A stretch of DNA of 63,773 bases, the filler included, from Octopus bimaculoides (taxonomy: Eukaryota), in assembly GCF_001194135.2 (NCBI RefSeq). It is 5 parts of 4 records of this genome, joined end to end, with 100 filler letters (N's around TTAATTAATTAA, not from the genome) between each part and the next. Parts side by side here need not be neighbours in the genome. Positions count along the whole stretch, not along the records: positions 46,809 to 53,535 come from NC_068986.1; positions 53,636 to 63,773 come from NC_069000.1; 3 more parts are not named here. One strand, written 5' to 3'. The translations under genes and the position numbers were made by a program. Numbering within the stretch: the stretch's first letter is position 1; the number at the start of each line of letters is the position of its first letter. The notes under the pieces were generated by a model. It did not search any database. It saw only the letters and a list, made by a program, of their open reading frames with translations, and had not been told where the DNA came from. Shown one piece after another: positions 50,461 through 62,621 of this stretch.

Positions 50461-51600
50461 TACCGGTCATTCGCTACATCTGTCTGTGTTCGGACCGTTT
50501 CTGCACAGTAGCCAGCCGGACTCTCGCCTTCACTGTGAACAGGCATTAATCTACTGTCTTCATTCCTTTACGTCACATGGACTCAACTCACCTCCTCTCT
50601 TAATCTGACATCAACTCCACATGGATTCCCGCGCACCTCCCACATTTAATTTCCCCCTCTACCTACAAACTTACATACCGCCCACCTCGGAACCCTCACC
50701 ACACACACACCACTATACACACATCCATACACACTGTTCAATTCATCACTCACTTCACACACCATTATACACACCCATAACACCTTCCCAATCCCCATAC
50801 AGTAGCACCGACCACTTCTCAACACCCACGCCACACACCATTATCGACACAACCACACACAACCTTCAATAACGTCACCACATGTGCCAATATGCGAGCA
50901 GCTACACATACTGTTTAACTCAGTACACACACCACATGCACACTCCCACACCCACACAAACACATAATTCCTGAACACAGATAATATATACACACACATG
51001 CAACACTCATAAACACACGCAACACGTATAAACAAAGATAACTTTTGCTCACAAGCATACACTATACACATGCACACTATTTGGTCAAAGACACACACAC
51101 ACACATACACATGCGCACACACCACTTGAAAAAGCATACATCAACTACTACACAAACACACACACACACACATAAACACACACACACACACACACACACT
51201 ACACACGTACACATACATCAGACTCACTCGCTCCCATTCACACATACAGACTCACGCACACCATTCTCACATACAAACACACATTCACGCACCTTCGTTC
51301 ATTGGAATCACTATTATTATCTCCCTTTCATTCAACCTCTTTTTATTATTATCTCCCTTTCATTAAACCACTTTTTTCCAGTCATACGCCATGCTGGACT
51401 ACTAAACTCTACAGTTTTTTTTCTCTCTCCGTTTTTTATCATTCTCTTTCCTTTTTCCCCTCTTATTCCTTTCTGTCGAAGAGCGTCGGCTCGAAACGTA
51501 AAAGACTTTTCCATTTTACCCGAGCGTTAAACTACTGCACCTGCTTGTTGTTCCTACACCTGTCTTTGTCTTCTGTTCTTCGGTAAATTTGAACTATATA
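50461..51600 (+). mobile_element. Penelope-like element 3' remnant (GIY-YIG end, CA-rich tail, pLTR with hammerhead-like motif)
   Basis: SRLHCEQALIYCLHSFTSHGLN matches the PLE endonuclease end R..E..I..L.T..P.GLN. The pLTR block is shared with 1030-1230. Confidence 0.6.
51469..51504 (+). ncRNA. Minimal hammerhead-like motif, core variant CUGUCGA
   Basis: CTTT-CTGTCGA-A-GAGC GTCG GCTC-GAAA-C-GT-A-AAAG. Stems I and II intact, GUA cleavage triplet. Confidence 0.5.
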
Positions 51601-51771
51601 TATGTAAGTGGTTTTGAAAGAATAGAACCAATATATACAGAATAAAAAAAGAAAACTGAGGCTGGATGGCGATCGCTTCAATGAAATAACAGCTGCCAAC
51701 TAGATAATTTGTTATGATTTTGTTTTTTTGTTTTTTTATATACAAGCGATTATTTATTCATATATTAACAG

Positions 51772-51926
51772 GAAACGAGAGCCATTTGTATTGCAATCTC
51801 CTCAAACTGTTGCCCAAAAATGTCGATCAGTTTTATCGCTATTCCGGAAGTTTAACAACGCCACCATGCTCAGAATCTGTAGTATGGACAGTTTATCCGG
51901 AAGCGGTTAAAATCTCGTCTTGGCAG
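51772..51926 (+). CDS. CA: Alpha-carbonic anhydrase internal exon (secreted/membrane type)
   Basis: (G)NESHLYCNLLKLLPKNVDQFYRYSGSLTTPPCSESVVWTVYPEAVKISSWQ has the hallmark YxGSLTTPPC motif. CAG acceptor (phase 1) and CAG|GTAAGA donor (phase 0). Confidence 0.92.
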
Positions 51927-53493
51927 GTAAGATCTATATAAAACAGTGTTCTTTCATTTTTGTTTCGTTTTGACATTGTTATTGTTGTTGTTTTTGTTTA
52001 CTCCATCTTTCGCATTTGTATAAGACCGCTGCTGTGTTGGAGAAATGACAGATTCGGACTGAAGAGCGTAAAGTTACTTTTGTCGTTGCTGCTACTGATG
52101 TTATGTTTGCTNNNNNNNNNNNNNNNNNNNNNNNNNNNNNNNNNNNNNNNNNNNNNNNNNNNNNNNNNNNNNNNNNNNNNNNNNNNNNNNNNNNNNNNNN
52201 NNNNNNNNNNNTGAAATGAAGTATTGAATATATGAAATATTGAGTATTAAATATAGAGTATAAAATACATAAGGACTAGTATACTTTCCTGCACCATGGC
52301 AGTCATCTAGGTCCCGCCTGACAGTAATGCCTCGATATACGTGTTAATTCGTTCCAAGAGACCGCTCGTAAAACTAAAACTCGTAGCTATGTTGTTAATT
52401 ATAATTCGTTTCCTGAAACGTATTTTACCTATAAAATTTATAATATTCATAAATAAATGACAATAAAACAAATGTAGAATGTAAACAATATTTTATGTAA
52501 AGTGAAATAGAATGTCAAGATCCTTTATAATTAAAAAAAAACCATTATTATCATAATCGATTTCTGAATCACTTTTACTCAAACTAGACTCGCACACACC
52601 ATCACTTGTAGACTCGATCGCCGATACAGAAGCACTCGTAGACAGGCTTGTAGATTTCTTTATAAAGACCAAGTCCAGAAGTCTTGCTTAGAAGAAGCTT
52701 TTTTCGTTCACTATGAATTTCTTGGTAACACGCTGAAGTAATTGTTATAGTAGTAGAAACTTTTTCACTTCATTCAAAATTTGGATCTTGTACTTGAAAA
52801 ATTTATTATAAAATAAAACTCGTAAACCCGGTGTCTCGTAACTCGGGTCCTCGTAAATATAAATATATATATATGTATGCATATATGTACGTACGTATGT
52901 ATGTATGTATACACACGCACACACACACTTCTGTGGGTAAGTAACGGTCGGAGGAAGAAGTGTTCAATGGAAACATTGAGTGCTATAGTTTATCCAAGTC
53001 CAGTGGACGGGTATTCCGAAGTTTGAGCAGCATGTAGTTGTTTCTTCAGAAAAGTGAAATGAGATAGAGAGCTTTGACTACTTACTCTGACTGTAAAAGA
53101 GAGGAGAAAACTTAAGGCACACAGAAATTGCTGGACAATCATAGACACAATGGGGTAACAGCTTTTTGCCAGAGTCAGAAGAAGAAAAGAGAGAGCGAGA
53201 AAGAAAAAGAAAACAGAAAGTAGAGCCGTGCGTTTCAACAGAGTGATCCAATAAGTTAGAATGATTCAATGAAAGAGTGTTCCAATAAAGAAGATGCCAA
53301 AGAGAAGTGAGCGATGAATAATCCACGAACAATAGTTCAGAAAACGTAAAACACACACACGCGACCCGAGGTCGGCCCGAGATTAAAACACTTGCCAAAG
53401 GTGCCACGCAGTAGGACTGAACCTAGAACCATGTGATTGGAAAGCAAACTTCTTACCACACATCCACGCCTGCGCCAGTGCATACATACATAC

Positions 53494-53535
<42 letters not shown>

Positions 53536-53635
53536 NNNNNNNNNNNNNNNNNNNNNNNNNNNNNNNNNNNNNNNNNNNNTTAATTAATTAANNNNNNNNN
53601 NNNNNNNNNNNNNNNNNNNNNNNNNNNNNNNNNNN
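53536..53635. other. Artificial scaffold linker
   Basis: 44 N + TTAATTAATTAA (53580-53591) + 44 N. Confidence 0.9.
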
Positions 53636-53697
<62 letters not shown>

Positions 53698-54284
53698 TAT
53701 ATATACATACACGTGTGTAAATGTGTGTTGATGATGATATTGATGATGATGATGTTGATGACAACAACAACAATAAGAAATTTATTGTATTGCACATATA
53801 GAAATGGATAACAAAATGATTGGAGGGACGCAAACAAAATGCCAATAAACAGAAGTGCAAGAGATTTAGGGGTTTTTCCCTGTGCTTTTGCTCAAGAAAG
53901 AGAATATTAATAGTTAGGGTCTCACCTTCTGATGCCCTATCACCACTGAAACTTCACTTGTTTTCCATTCAAACATCCTACAACTGATTATTGCTTCATG
54001 AGTATATTATTATTAAATGATAAAGTTAACTTTTGATATTTTCAAAACTAAATAACTTCATCCAAATTCCCCTTCTATCATCTAACAATTTCCCACTCTT
54101 ATCACCTAACAAAAAGAGCACATTGAACAATATAGTCAAAAGGTATACAATGTCTGAAAATACTGAGGATGGTCATGGTTTGAATGCTTTTGATCATAGG
54201 CCTGCTCCAGTATGGCCAACCTGTTTGAGAACTTGCTTTGCCTTCTGAGCTGAACATTAACTTCTTACTTGAATACAAGACTCC

Positions 54285-54465
54285 AAGTACCTTGAATCCA
54301 CTAAAGTACCTCAAATCCACTAAAGTACCTTGAACCCACTAAAGTGCCTCGAATCCACTAAAGTGCCTCGAACCCACTAAAGTACCTCGAATCCACTAAA
54401 GTACCTCAAATCCACTAAAGTACCTCAAATCCACTAAAGTACCTCAAATCCACTAAAGTACCTCG
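54285..54465. repeat. 19-bp minisatellite x~9.5 (AATCCACTAAAGTACCTCR)
   Basis: Nine full units 54295-54465 with few substitutions and no spacers. Confidence 0.95.
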
Positions 54466-54555
54466 CAGGTTCTTATTTTAGCAACTTTTGGGAGATGGAA
54501 GTCAAAGCTGACCATACTAGAACCTGAACTTACAATGCAAAAGCCTTAACTATGT

Positions 54556-54730
54556 ACTATGAGTCACCACTTATCAATGCAATACCACTACGAGTCATTA
54601 CTTATTAACACAATAACACTGAGTCATTACTTAACACAACAACACTATGAGTCATTACTTATCAATGCAATAACACTATGAACCATTGCTTAATCAACAC
54701 AATAACACGAGTCATTACTTATCAACAATG
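54556..54730. repeat. ~31-bp degenerate minisatellite x~5.5 (ACTATGAGTCATTACTTATCAACACAATAAC)
   Basis: Units of 26-32 bp visible by eye. Confidence 0.8.
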
Positions 54731-55194
54731 TTTAGGAAACGTTTTCCAACTTCCTGAAAAGAAATTTCCTCTTCCTCCTCCTAATAATAGTAATAATAAT
54801 AATAATGATAATAATGATAATAATAATAATGATAATAGTAATAAACCTTTCTACTAAAGGCACAATGCCTCAATTTTGTGAGGAGGAGACTAGTTGATTA
54901 CATTTACCCAGTGTTTCACTGGTACTTAATTTATCAACCCGCAAAAGGATAAAAGGTAAAGTCGACCTCAGCAGAATTTGAACTTAGAACATAGTGATGG
55001 GCAAAATACTGCTAAGCATTTTGTTCAGCGTGCTAACACTTCTGCCAGCTCACCACCTTAATAATAATAATAGTAATAGTAATTATAATGTTTCATATGT
55101 AGATATGAGGCCTAAAATTCTTAGATGGTTTAATGATGAAGCATTCATAGTCACAAGGGCATTATTAATTGTAATGATATGTGATACAGTGTTT

Positions 55195-55405
55195 GGCTGT
55201 ACCGCCTTACTGGCCTTCGTGCCGGTGGCATGTAAAAGCACCCACTTCACTCTCGGAGTGGTTGGCGTTAGGAAGGGCATCCAGCTGTAGAAACTCTGCC
55301 AAATCAGATTGGAGCCTGGTGCAGCCTTCTGGTTTGCCAGTCCTCAGTCAAATCGTCCAACCCATGCTAGCATGGAAAGCAGACGTTAAACGATGATGAT
55401 GATGG
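55195..55405 (+). mobile_element. SINE with RTE-like (GAT)n tail
   Basis: GGTGGCAYRTAAAAGCACCC..GGAGTGGTTGGCGTTAGGAAGGGCATCC..AGCATGGAAAGCAGACGTTAAACGATGATG. Also at 59340-59575 and 62935-63050(-). Confidence 0.8.
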
Positions 55406-57578
55406 TGACATACTATGATTGAGAATTAAATTATTTCCTTATCTGTATCTTTCATTCATTTTGTCATATTCTAAGAAACCTTTACCGGGTGAGGGCGTTA
55501 AGCAGTGATGAGTCAAAATGCAATGTTGATACCAGTTCGAATATGCTAAAAGCATGTTCAGACTTGTAAACAAGGCAATTCATGTAAGAAGCCTTTATCT
55601 ACACGTGTTTAGTCATTTATGAGACTTATGTAAGTAGCACAGGTCGAGTGATGTAATTCAGGTGTAATTATGCTCTCTCAGCAGCTGGTTTCATTATCAG
55701 CTGTCGATTTCATTACCACTACTACTACGTCACCATCACCCCCTTGCCACCTACCCTATTAATACTATCAACATCACCACACCATTGTTACTATTCAACT
55801 GAGATAGTCGACACTATATTGTCTGGAAGTAATAAAAAAAAAAATTTTTAATTGCTTCATGAAACCTGTAAGAACAAAAATTGGCCAAATAACAGAATAA
55901 TATTGGTTTCAAATTTTGACACAAGACCAGCAATTTCTGTGGTGGGAGTAAGTCAATTATATTCCTCAGATTCTATGATCTACCTTATTAACTAACTTAA
56001 TGCTATAAAACAGGTATTGAGCATTGTAATGTTTATGTGTATGTGTATGTGTATGTGCATAGACACACACACACACACATAGACACATAGACACACACAC
56101 ACACACATAGACATATGCTTTTAGGACCATTCAACGAAAGAGAATAAAGTGAAAAATTATAAAAAGTGTCAGGTGCAATAAGAAAAAGATCAGAACATAT
56201 GACCCTGCAAATTTAATCACATAAATGATAGAGATAAGGTTGCTGAGAAGAGAGAAACTAAAACTAGAGAGATGCCAGAAACTACTTCATTTAACATAGC
56301 CATAGTGAATGAATGAGGTTTTAAACACTGTAATTATTTCTAAATTCACATAAATTATTAAAAAAAAGAAAATGTGCTTCAGAGTACAGCTGAAATTTCT
56401 AGCTTTGTGTGTGACAGCATGCAAAGTAGATGTTCTGATGTAAGTCCTGTAGAGGAGAAATAATCACTAAAATATACAACTATGCAAACACAAGTGACAG
56501 TTTCAATAAATAAAGAACAATGATTTCGAGAAACAAGTATTTCCAGTAGATAAGTCTATATGTATCTAGGTATATAAATAAATCAAGTACACAAAAATAT
56601 AAAGAACTTGTAATTTACATATATATATATATTTTTTTTCATTTCATTTTGGTCGAGTCATCTTCTTTGCTACTCTGAGTTTTGCACAAGGTCTTCAGGC
56701 AAGTTACAAGTCAGAAATTGCCTGAAAACTCCATGCACTCACAGGAAAAATTCAGAGTAGCAAGAGACTGAGTCAACTAAATTAAAATATTATGTAAATA
56801 TAAATATATAGCTTCTTATATTTAATTATTGTGTCACCCTCTGGGCAATGAGCACATGATGACAAGTTTTAGTTATTCAGTTTATTAGCATTTCAGCTTA
56901 ATCAGGGAATTTATGATTTCCATTATAATAATGGTTCCAAATTGCATCTTTGGAAAAGACACCAACATGCAGAGTTACAACTAACTGCTGTATTTCGTTT
57001 TAGGCTTCTCTGTTCTGTAAGAGTACCACAATCATCTGTGGGTAAAAACCTTTCTTTTCTAGACTAAAAAATAAGGTAAAGCATAAACACCATGCATACG
57101 AGTTTATCTGTAGTGATATAATGGAAGAGACAAATACAAAAATGCCAAGCATATTGGATGCTGTGAATATTTCAGGCGGTTAAGAACACAAAAACTAGTA
57201 CATGCAAGTTAAATAGCAATGTCCAAGCAAAAGACTACATAACATGCAACACCGAATATTAAAATAATGAAGAGGTAAATAAACATTTTAGAATTAATTA
57301 GCAGGCTAATAAGATGCTCTTAAAAAAAGACAGAGATGAACATAGTAACGGATGAGTTATTTCATATGAATAATATGAGCTGGACAAAATGTTAAAACCA
57401 TTGCTGGATGAGTTAAATAGGAGAGAAATCAATGTTTCAAAGAATTGCAGGCTCATACTCCATCACTACTGTTACAGTATGTCTAGCAAAGACACTTAAC
57501 TCTCAGTAATAACCAATACTATCCAGCTATAAATAGGTACCATGAGCTGGTCATATTTGTCGTACATGACAACTGCAC

Positions 57579-57640
<62 letters not shown>

Positions 57641-58314
57641 GTCTCTGGCTGCAGATTTAGAAATCATCAAAATAAGGATAGGCTTTCCAAAATCGACTTA
57701 TTTATGATACTATCATGAAGATTGATGCTCTAAAGACTCAAAGAACTATGGATCTGCAACAGATGTTTATCAATAAACTCATTTATGCTCAATTTGCAAC
57801 AACTAGCTTCTCTAATATGAATTGCTACACAATTTATACATCAGACTCAATCATCTGTATTTTTTGCCTTCACATAAAACTTCACTCTCATCTCTTGTAT
57901 GAACACTGAAAGCCAGAGGATGATAAGTCACAGCAAACAGATTCCACAAAGTGGTAGAACACTAAAATGATATCTTTTTATTTCACTTATTGGAACATAA
58001 TTCAGAAGATAGAATGACTGAGTCATTATCCATTGAAACACACCTCTCTAACCAAATGTAAATTATCTCCAATATGGCTCTGCAATATTTTAAGCAGAGT
58101 TAAAGTAGGTTTTCATTGGAGGTGAGCTAATGAAGACAAACAATTGAGAATGTTGCAGAATGAGAGTTTAATTTGATGAAGTAAGATGATTTCAAGTTTC
58201 CAGGTTGTTGAAGATTTAAGCTTAAAATTAACGAAGTTAATAAGAAAATTTAAATATTGAACAACAATGAAAATATGGCGACAACAGCTCTTTGGAATTG
58301 AAATTCCACCAAAC

Positions 58315-58428
58315 CTTATCTGAAGCATTCGGCGGAACTACCTGCCGCTCAGATCCAGAATGGCGGCGGTGATGATGAACCCGTCTCTTGGCTACAATAT
58401 AGGCTGAGGCTGATTTGACGTCAGATTT
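58315..58428 (-). CDS. PIEZO: Probable Piezo loop exon (donor at 58342 or 58315 uncertain)
   Basis: Strong acceptor TTTTTCTTTTTTTGCAG. Only phase 0 is open (KSDVKSASAYIVAKRRVHHHRRHSGSERQ[VVPPNASDK]), matching the phase 0 end of the 61419 exon. No sequence homology recognised. Confidence 0.5.
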
Positions 58429-58469
58429 CTGCAAAAAAAGAAAAAAATTAAAAAAATATATTACAAGTA

Positions 58470-58502
<33 letters not shown>

Positions 58503-58563
58503 CTTTGCATATATACACACAAGGAAATTATATTACACAATTTCAACTATATACATATATATA

Positions 58564-58648
<85 letters not shown>

Positions 58649-61418
58649 TATATGTAATACAATACATAACATATTATTAACTGTGAAATTGCATCATCAG
58701 ATATCAATAACCTGATCACTAACAAAATGTCATAAATATATATGTGTGTATATGTTATTTGCACTTGTCTGTGTGTGAGTGAGTGTATATGTACAATACA
58801 AGGTTGGCTGAATTATTGTTGATGTCAGGAAGAGCCTCGCAGATAAACAAAGAAACAAGTGAAGCGAGAAAGAGTGAGAGAGAGAGAGAGTGATTTAGTG
58901 AAAGAGAAAAGGCAGCATTTCTTGCTGAGAATTGTGAGGAGAGGTCTAACAAAATTTTCTGATTTTATCGGCCCTGCTAAAATTTATGGCTTTAAAATGA
59001 TATGCAGTTTCTTGTTTTCTTTGTGGGTGTTGTTTATGTGTAATATTGCACGCGTGTGTATGTGTATGGGTGTGATTTTACTGTGTTTTCTATGTTGGCA
59101 TGATTGGACAATCATTACTGACATTTATAGATGGATCAGAGAACCACATGTCACTCTTGGGTTTCATTTTTTGGCTTTGTTTTTATAACTGGTTGCCCTT
59201 CCAAATGTACGTGTGTGTGTGTGTGTGTGTGTGCACGCTTATATGTGTCTGTGTCTATGTCTGCATTTACCCTTGACACAGTATCAATCATTACTCCTGT
59301 ATCTTTGTAGTGCAATAAATAGAAATCATTAAAATAAGGTGGCACATAAAAGCACCCTGGTGTCACGCAAATGGCACCTGTGCTGGTGGCACATAAAAGC
59401 ACCCATTACACTCTTGGAGTGGTTGGCATTAGGAAGAACATCAAGCAATAGAAAACCATGCCAAATCAGACAGGAGTCTGGTGCAGCCTTCCAGCGAGCC
59501 AGCCTGGTCAAACTGTCCAACCCATGCCAGTATGGACAATGGATGTTAAATGATGATGATGATGATGATGATGAAGGACCAGAATTTGTAAAAAACAAAA
59601 TAAAAGTACCAGTGTCAATATGGATTAACAATGAAAGAAAAACTTTTCAGGATAATGCACCCACACATTTGCCATNNNNNNNNNNNNNNNNNNNNNNNNN
59701 NNNNNNNNNNNNNNNNNNNNNNNNNNNNNNNNNNNNNNNNNNNNNNNNNNNNNNNNNNNNNNNCCCCATTCATCCATCTGAGCCTGACAAGGTAGGTTCC
59801 TGTGACAAGCTTACAAAACTAAATTGCATGGGGCCAAATCTGTTTAATAATAATAACAATAATATACACATGTATAGAATTAAAATTTCTAAATAGATAA
59901 AAGCAAAACTAAAACAAAAAAATTAAGTTTGTTTTGTGGCTATCAATGTCAATTTTATTGATTGATTAGTTTGTATCAGCAACAATAAGCAAATATTAAT
60001 CTCATGGAATCACGGTTATCGTCCATCAGCCTAGAAGGTGGAAGGATATTAAGAGATAAGGTGAAAGGCAAATATTTCTTTTATATTCTTGTATGAAAAG
60101 GTTTTTCCCGTTCAAATAATTTCGTTCTTTCAATAGGAATATATATATATATATATATATATTCTTTTTTCATTTTATTTGTTTACTCGTTTGTCATTTG
60201 ACTGCGGCCATGCTGGAGCACCGCCTTTAGTCAAACAAACAGACCCCAGGACTTATTCTTTGTAAGCCTAATACTTATGCTATCGGTCTCTTTTGCCAAA
60301 CCGCTTAGTTACGGGGATGTAAACACACCAGCATCGGTTGTCAAGTGATCATGGGAGGACAAACACAGACACACAAACATATATATATATACGATGGGCT
60401 TCTTTCGGTTTCCGTCTACCAAATCCACTCACAAGGCTTTGGTCGGCCCGAGGCTTTAGTAGAAGACACTTGCTCAAGGTGCCATGCAGTGGGAATGAAC
60501 CTGGAACCATGTGGTTGGTAAGCAAGCTACTTACCACACAGCCACAAAACTCTATAGAATTTGAGGAACAGTAGTTTGTTTACTCATTTTATGTCTATTT
60601 CCCCATGGTACCAGGGTGAGACGAGCATATATTTATCAGCTTCTTTGACTTTTTTTTTCTTTATTTTTTAAACAATCAGAGGCTATTTCTGTCGCTAAAC
60701 CTTACCTGTTTTGCAAACAAAGGATTCTTTTATTTCACGTCTTGAAAAGCACAGAGCTGGCAAACAATTTGTTGACACAGAATGTCAACAAATATTACCA
60801 CTTTTAGCTCAACATTTATCATGCAAAGCAATGAATCTAAACATAGATGTAGGTGTGGCTGTGTGATTAAAGAGCTTGCTTCCCAACCATTTGATCTTGA
60901 GTTCAGTTCCACTGCATTTCATCTTGGGTAAGTGTCCTCTACAGCCCCTGGCCAACCAAGGCCTTGTAAGAGGATTTGGTAGACAGAAATTGAAAGCATC
61001 CCATTGTGTGTGTATCTGTGTGTGTGCATGTTATGTTTGTCCTCTATCACTGCTTGATAGCTAGTGTTGGTTTGTTTATATCTCTGTTACTTAGCAGTTC
61101 AGCAAAAGAGACTGATAGTATTTTTTAAAAAATAAGCACTGGGGTTGATTTGTCCGACTAAACCCTGCAAGGTGATACCTCAGCAAGGCTGCAGTCCAAT
61201 GGCTTTTAATGTGGCACCAGCAGGAGTGCTTCTAATCAGTTCGCACCAGTCACGAGGCCAAACATTCCTGAAAGTTTCATCCGAATCCATTCTTGATTCA
61301 GTGGTTCTTGAGATATCTTGTCCATGGACAAACAAACAAACATGACTGAAAACAACACCTCCGCCTTTGCTTAGGTGGAGGTAACAATAATAATAATAAT
61401 AATAATAATAATAAGTAC

Positions 61419-61596
61419 CATTTTCACAGTGCTTTCTTCGTATACCCAGTGGCGACATTGGAATGCAGCAGTCCAATAAAGTAAAAGAAGAAGTCCAGGA
61501 TTGACAAAGCCTGGCCAGGAAACTTGATTGCTGGAAAAGTCTATGTCCCATGGCACAGCACAATTGGTATGAACCAGTGCAGTGAATCCAGTTAAG
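61419..61596 (-). CDS. PIEZO: Piezo mechanosensitive channel N-terminal exon
   Basis: (R)LTGFTALVHTNCAVPWDIDFSSNQVSWPGFVNPGLLLLLYWTAAFQCRHWVYEESTVKM resembles PIEZO1 PTNCSSP..WPVYASPGVLLLLCY (recalled). The phase 2 acceptor CTCTAG matches the preceding exon. Exact donor is less certain. Confidence 0.85.
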
Positions 61597-62034
61597 CTAG
61601 AGAAGAAAAGAATATTAACATATCAACAAAATAATATTCACCAGAAATTCAAACTGTGACATATAAAGGCAATATTGAAGTTGGTTATGGTGTGTATTGG
61701 GGACAGCAGATTTGCGAGATGATAGTGTTGATGGTGTGATGCTGTTAATCACAATATTGCTGGAAGTGGGAAACCCTTTTCATACCAACCCACCAGGGAT
61801 TGCTCATGCTTCTTTGATACAACCTCCCTGTTTTAAAATGATCTAAATTAAAAACTTTCCATCGAAGTTTTATGCTGATTTATGTTCTGAACACCAGCTT
61901 AAAAATAAGGAAGTTTTTAGTCTAAATTCTTTATTTTCAAAATCAACAAAAACAAAGGTAGTGTTTTTCAACCAAAAAATAGTAATGACAGGGTTTTGAA
62001 TAATTACAGTTGACCAGTCTTAATTAAAAATATA

Positions 62035-62161
62035 GAGGGTGTCCACAAGGTCTGGGTACATGGCGTAAATAAAACCACAACATAAACAATTAAATATAAG
62101 AAATAATAATTTCTTAAAGTATGTGTTAATCCCCATGTACCCAGACTTTGTGGACACCCTG
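62035..62161. mobile_element. Tc1/mariner-type MITE, 127 bp, TA TSD
   Basis: 29-bp TIRs 62035-62063 and 62133-62161 (CAGGGTGTCCACAAAGTCTGGGTACATGG, 27/29 match), with TA on both sides. Confidence 0.85.
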
Positions 62162-62189
62162 TACATCGAGAAATTTCAACTATACTTAC

Positions 62190-62621
62190 CGTGCAGCTAA
62201 GGAATCTTCTTCAAGAATTTCTTGGAAAAATGGGAATTGGTAAAGATACAGAAGGATCAGATGTAAGCTTGTATAAACAAGTAGTATGAACTTGAAGCTT
62301 GAAAATCTTTTTCCTAATGAATTACCAAATGCCCAGAAGGTAACAGCAATAAGGAAAGTGAGAAAATAGAAAGCACTTAACAAAGATGGTACTATGATGC
62401 TACAGGCTGCTAAAAGCAAAATCAACAATGTAATTTTGCTGAACTGTAGGATTTTATGTACACGACGTTTCTGTGGATGAACAACACTAGTGAGTTCGGA
62501 TCCTTTTGTGCCTTCCTTAAGGATTTTGCTGCAAATTGCTAGAACAGCAATGGCAACAAGAAAAACTAAAAGATCTGGGCCAATTAGTCTTGCAATGTGT
62601 TTGGCAGGAACATCATCCAAC
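62190..62621 (-). CDS. PIEZO: Piezo N-terminal transmembrane exon
   Basis: (R)LDDVPAKHIARLIGPDLLVF..SIIVPSLLSAFYFL..HLILLYLYQFPFFQEILEEDSLAA(R) resembles PIEZO1 RLDLKDIPNAIRLVAPDL and PIEZO2 HLIGLYLYQFQFFQE..YYAR (recalled). CTGTAG acceptor and CG|GTAAGT donor. Confidence 0.93.

Noticed and set aside
52059-52070. CTGAAGAGCGTA as another hammerhead core
   Set aside because: There is no closing stem II, GAAA or stem I partner.
52320-52860. Possible pogo/Tigger-like MITE (ACAGTAATGCCTCGATATACG with repeated CTCGTA)
   Set aside because: No matching right TIR or TSD was found, so it is too weak to call.
54285-54730. Tandem arrays as CRISPR-like loci
   Set aside because: The units are contiguous with no unique spacers, there are no cas genes, and the context is eukaryotic.
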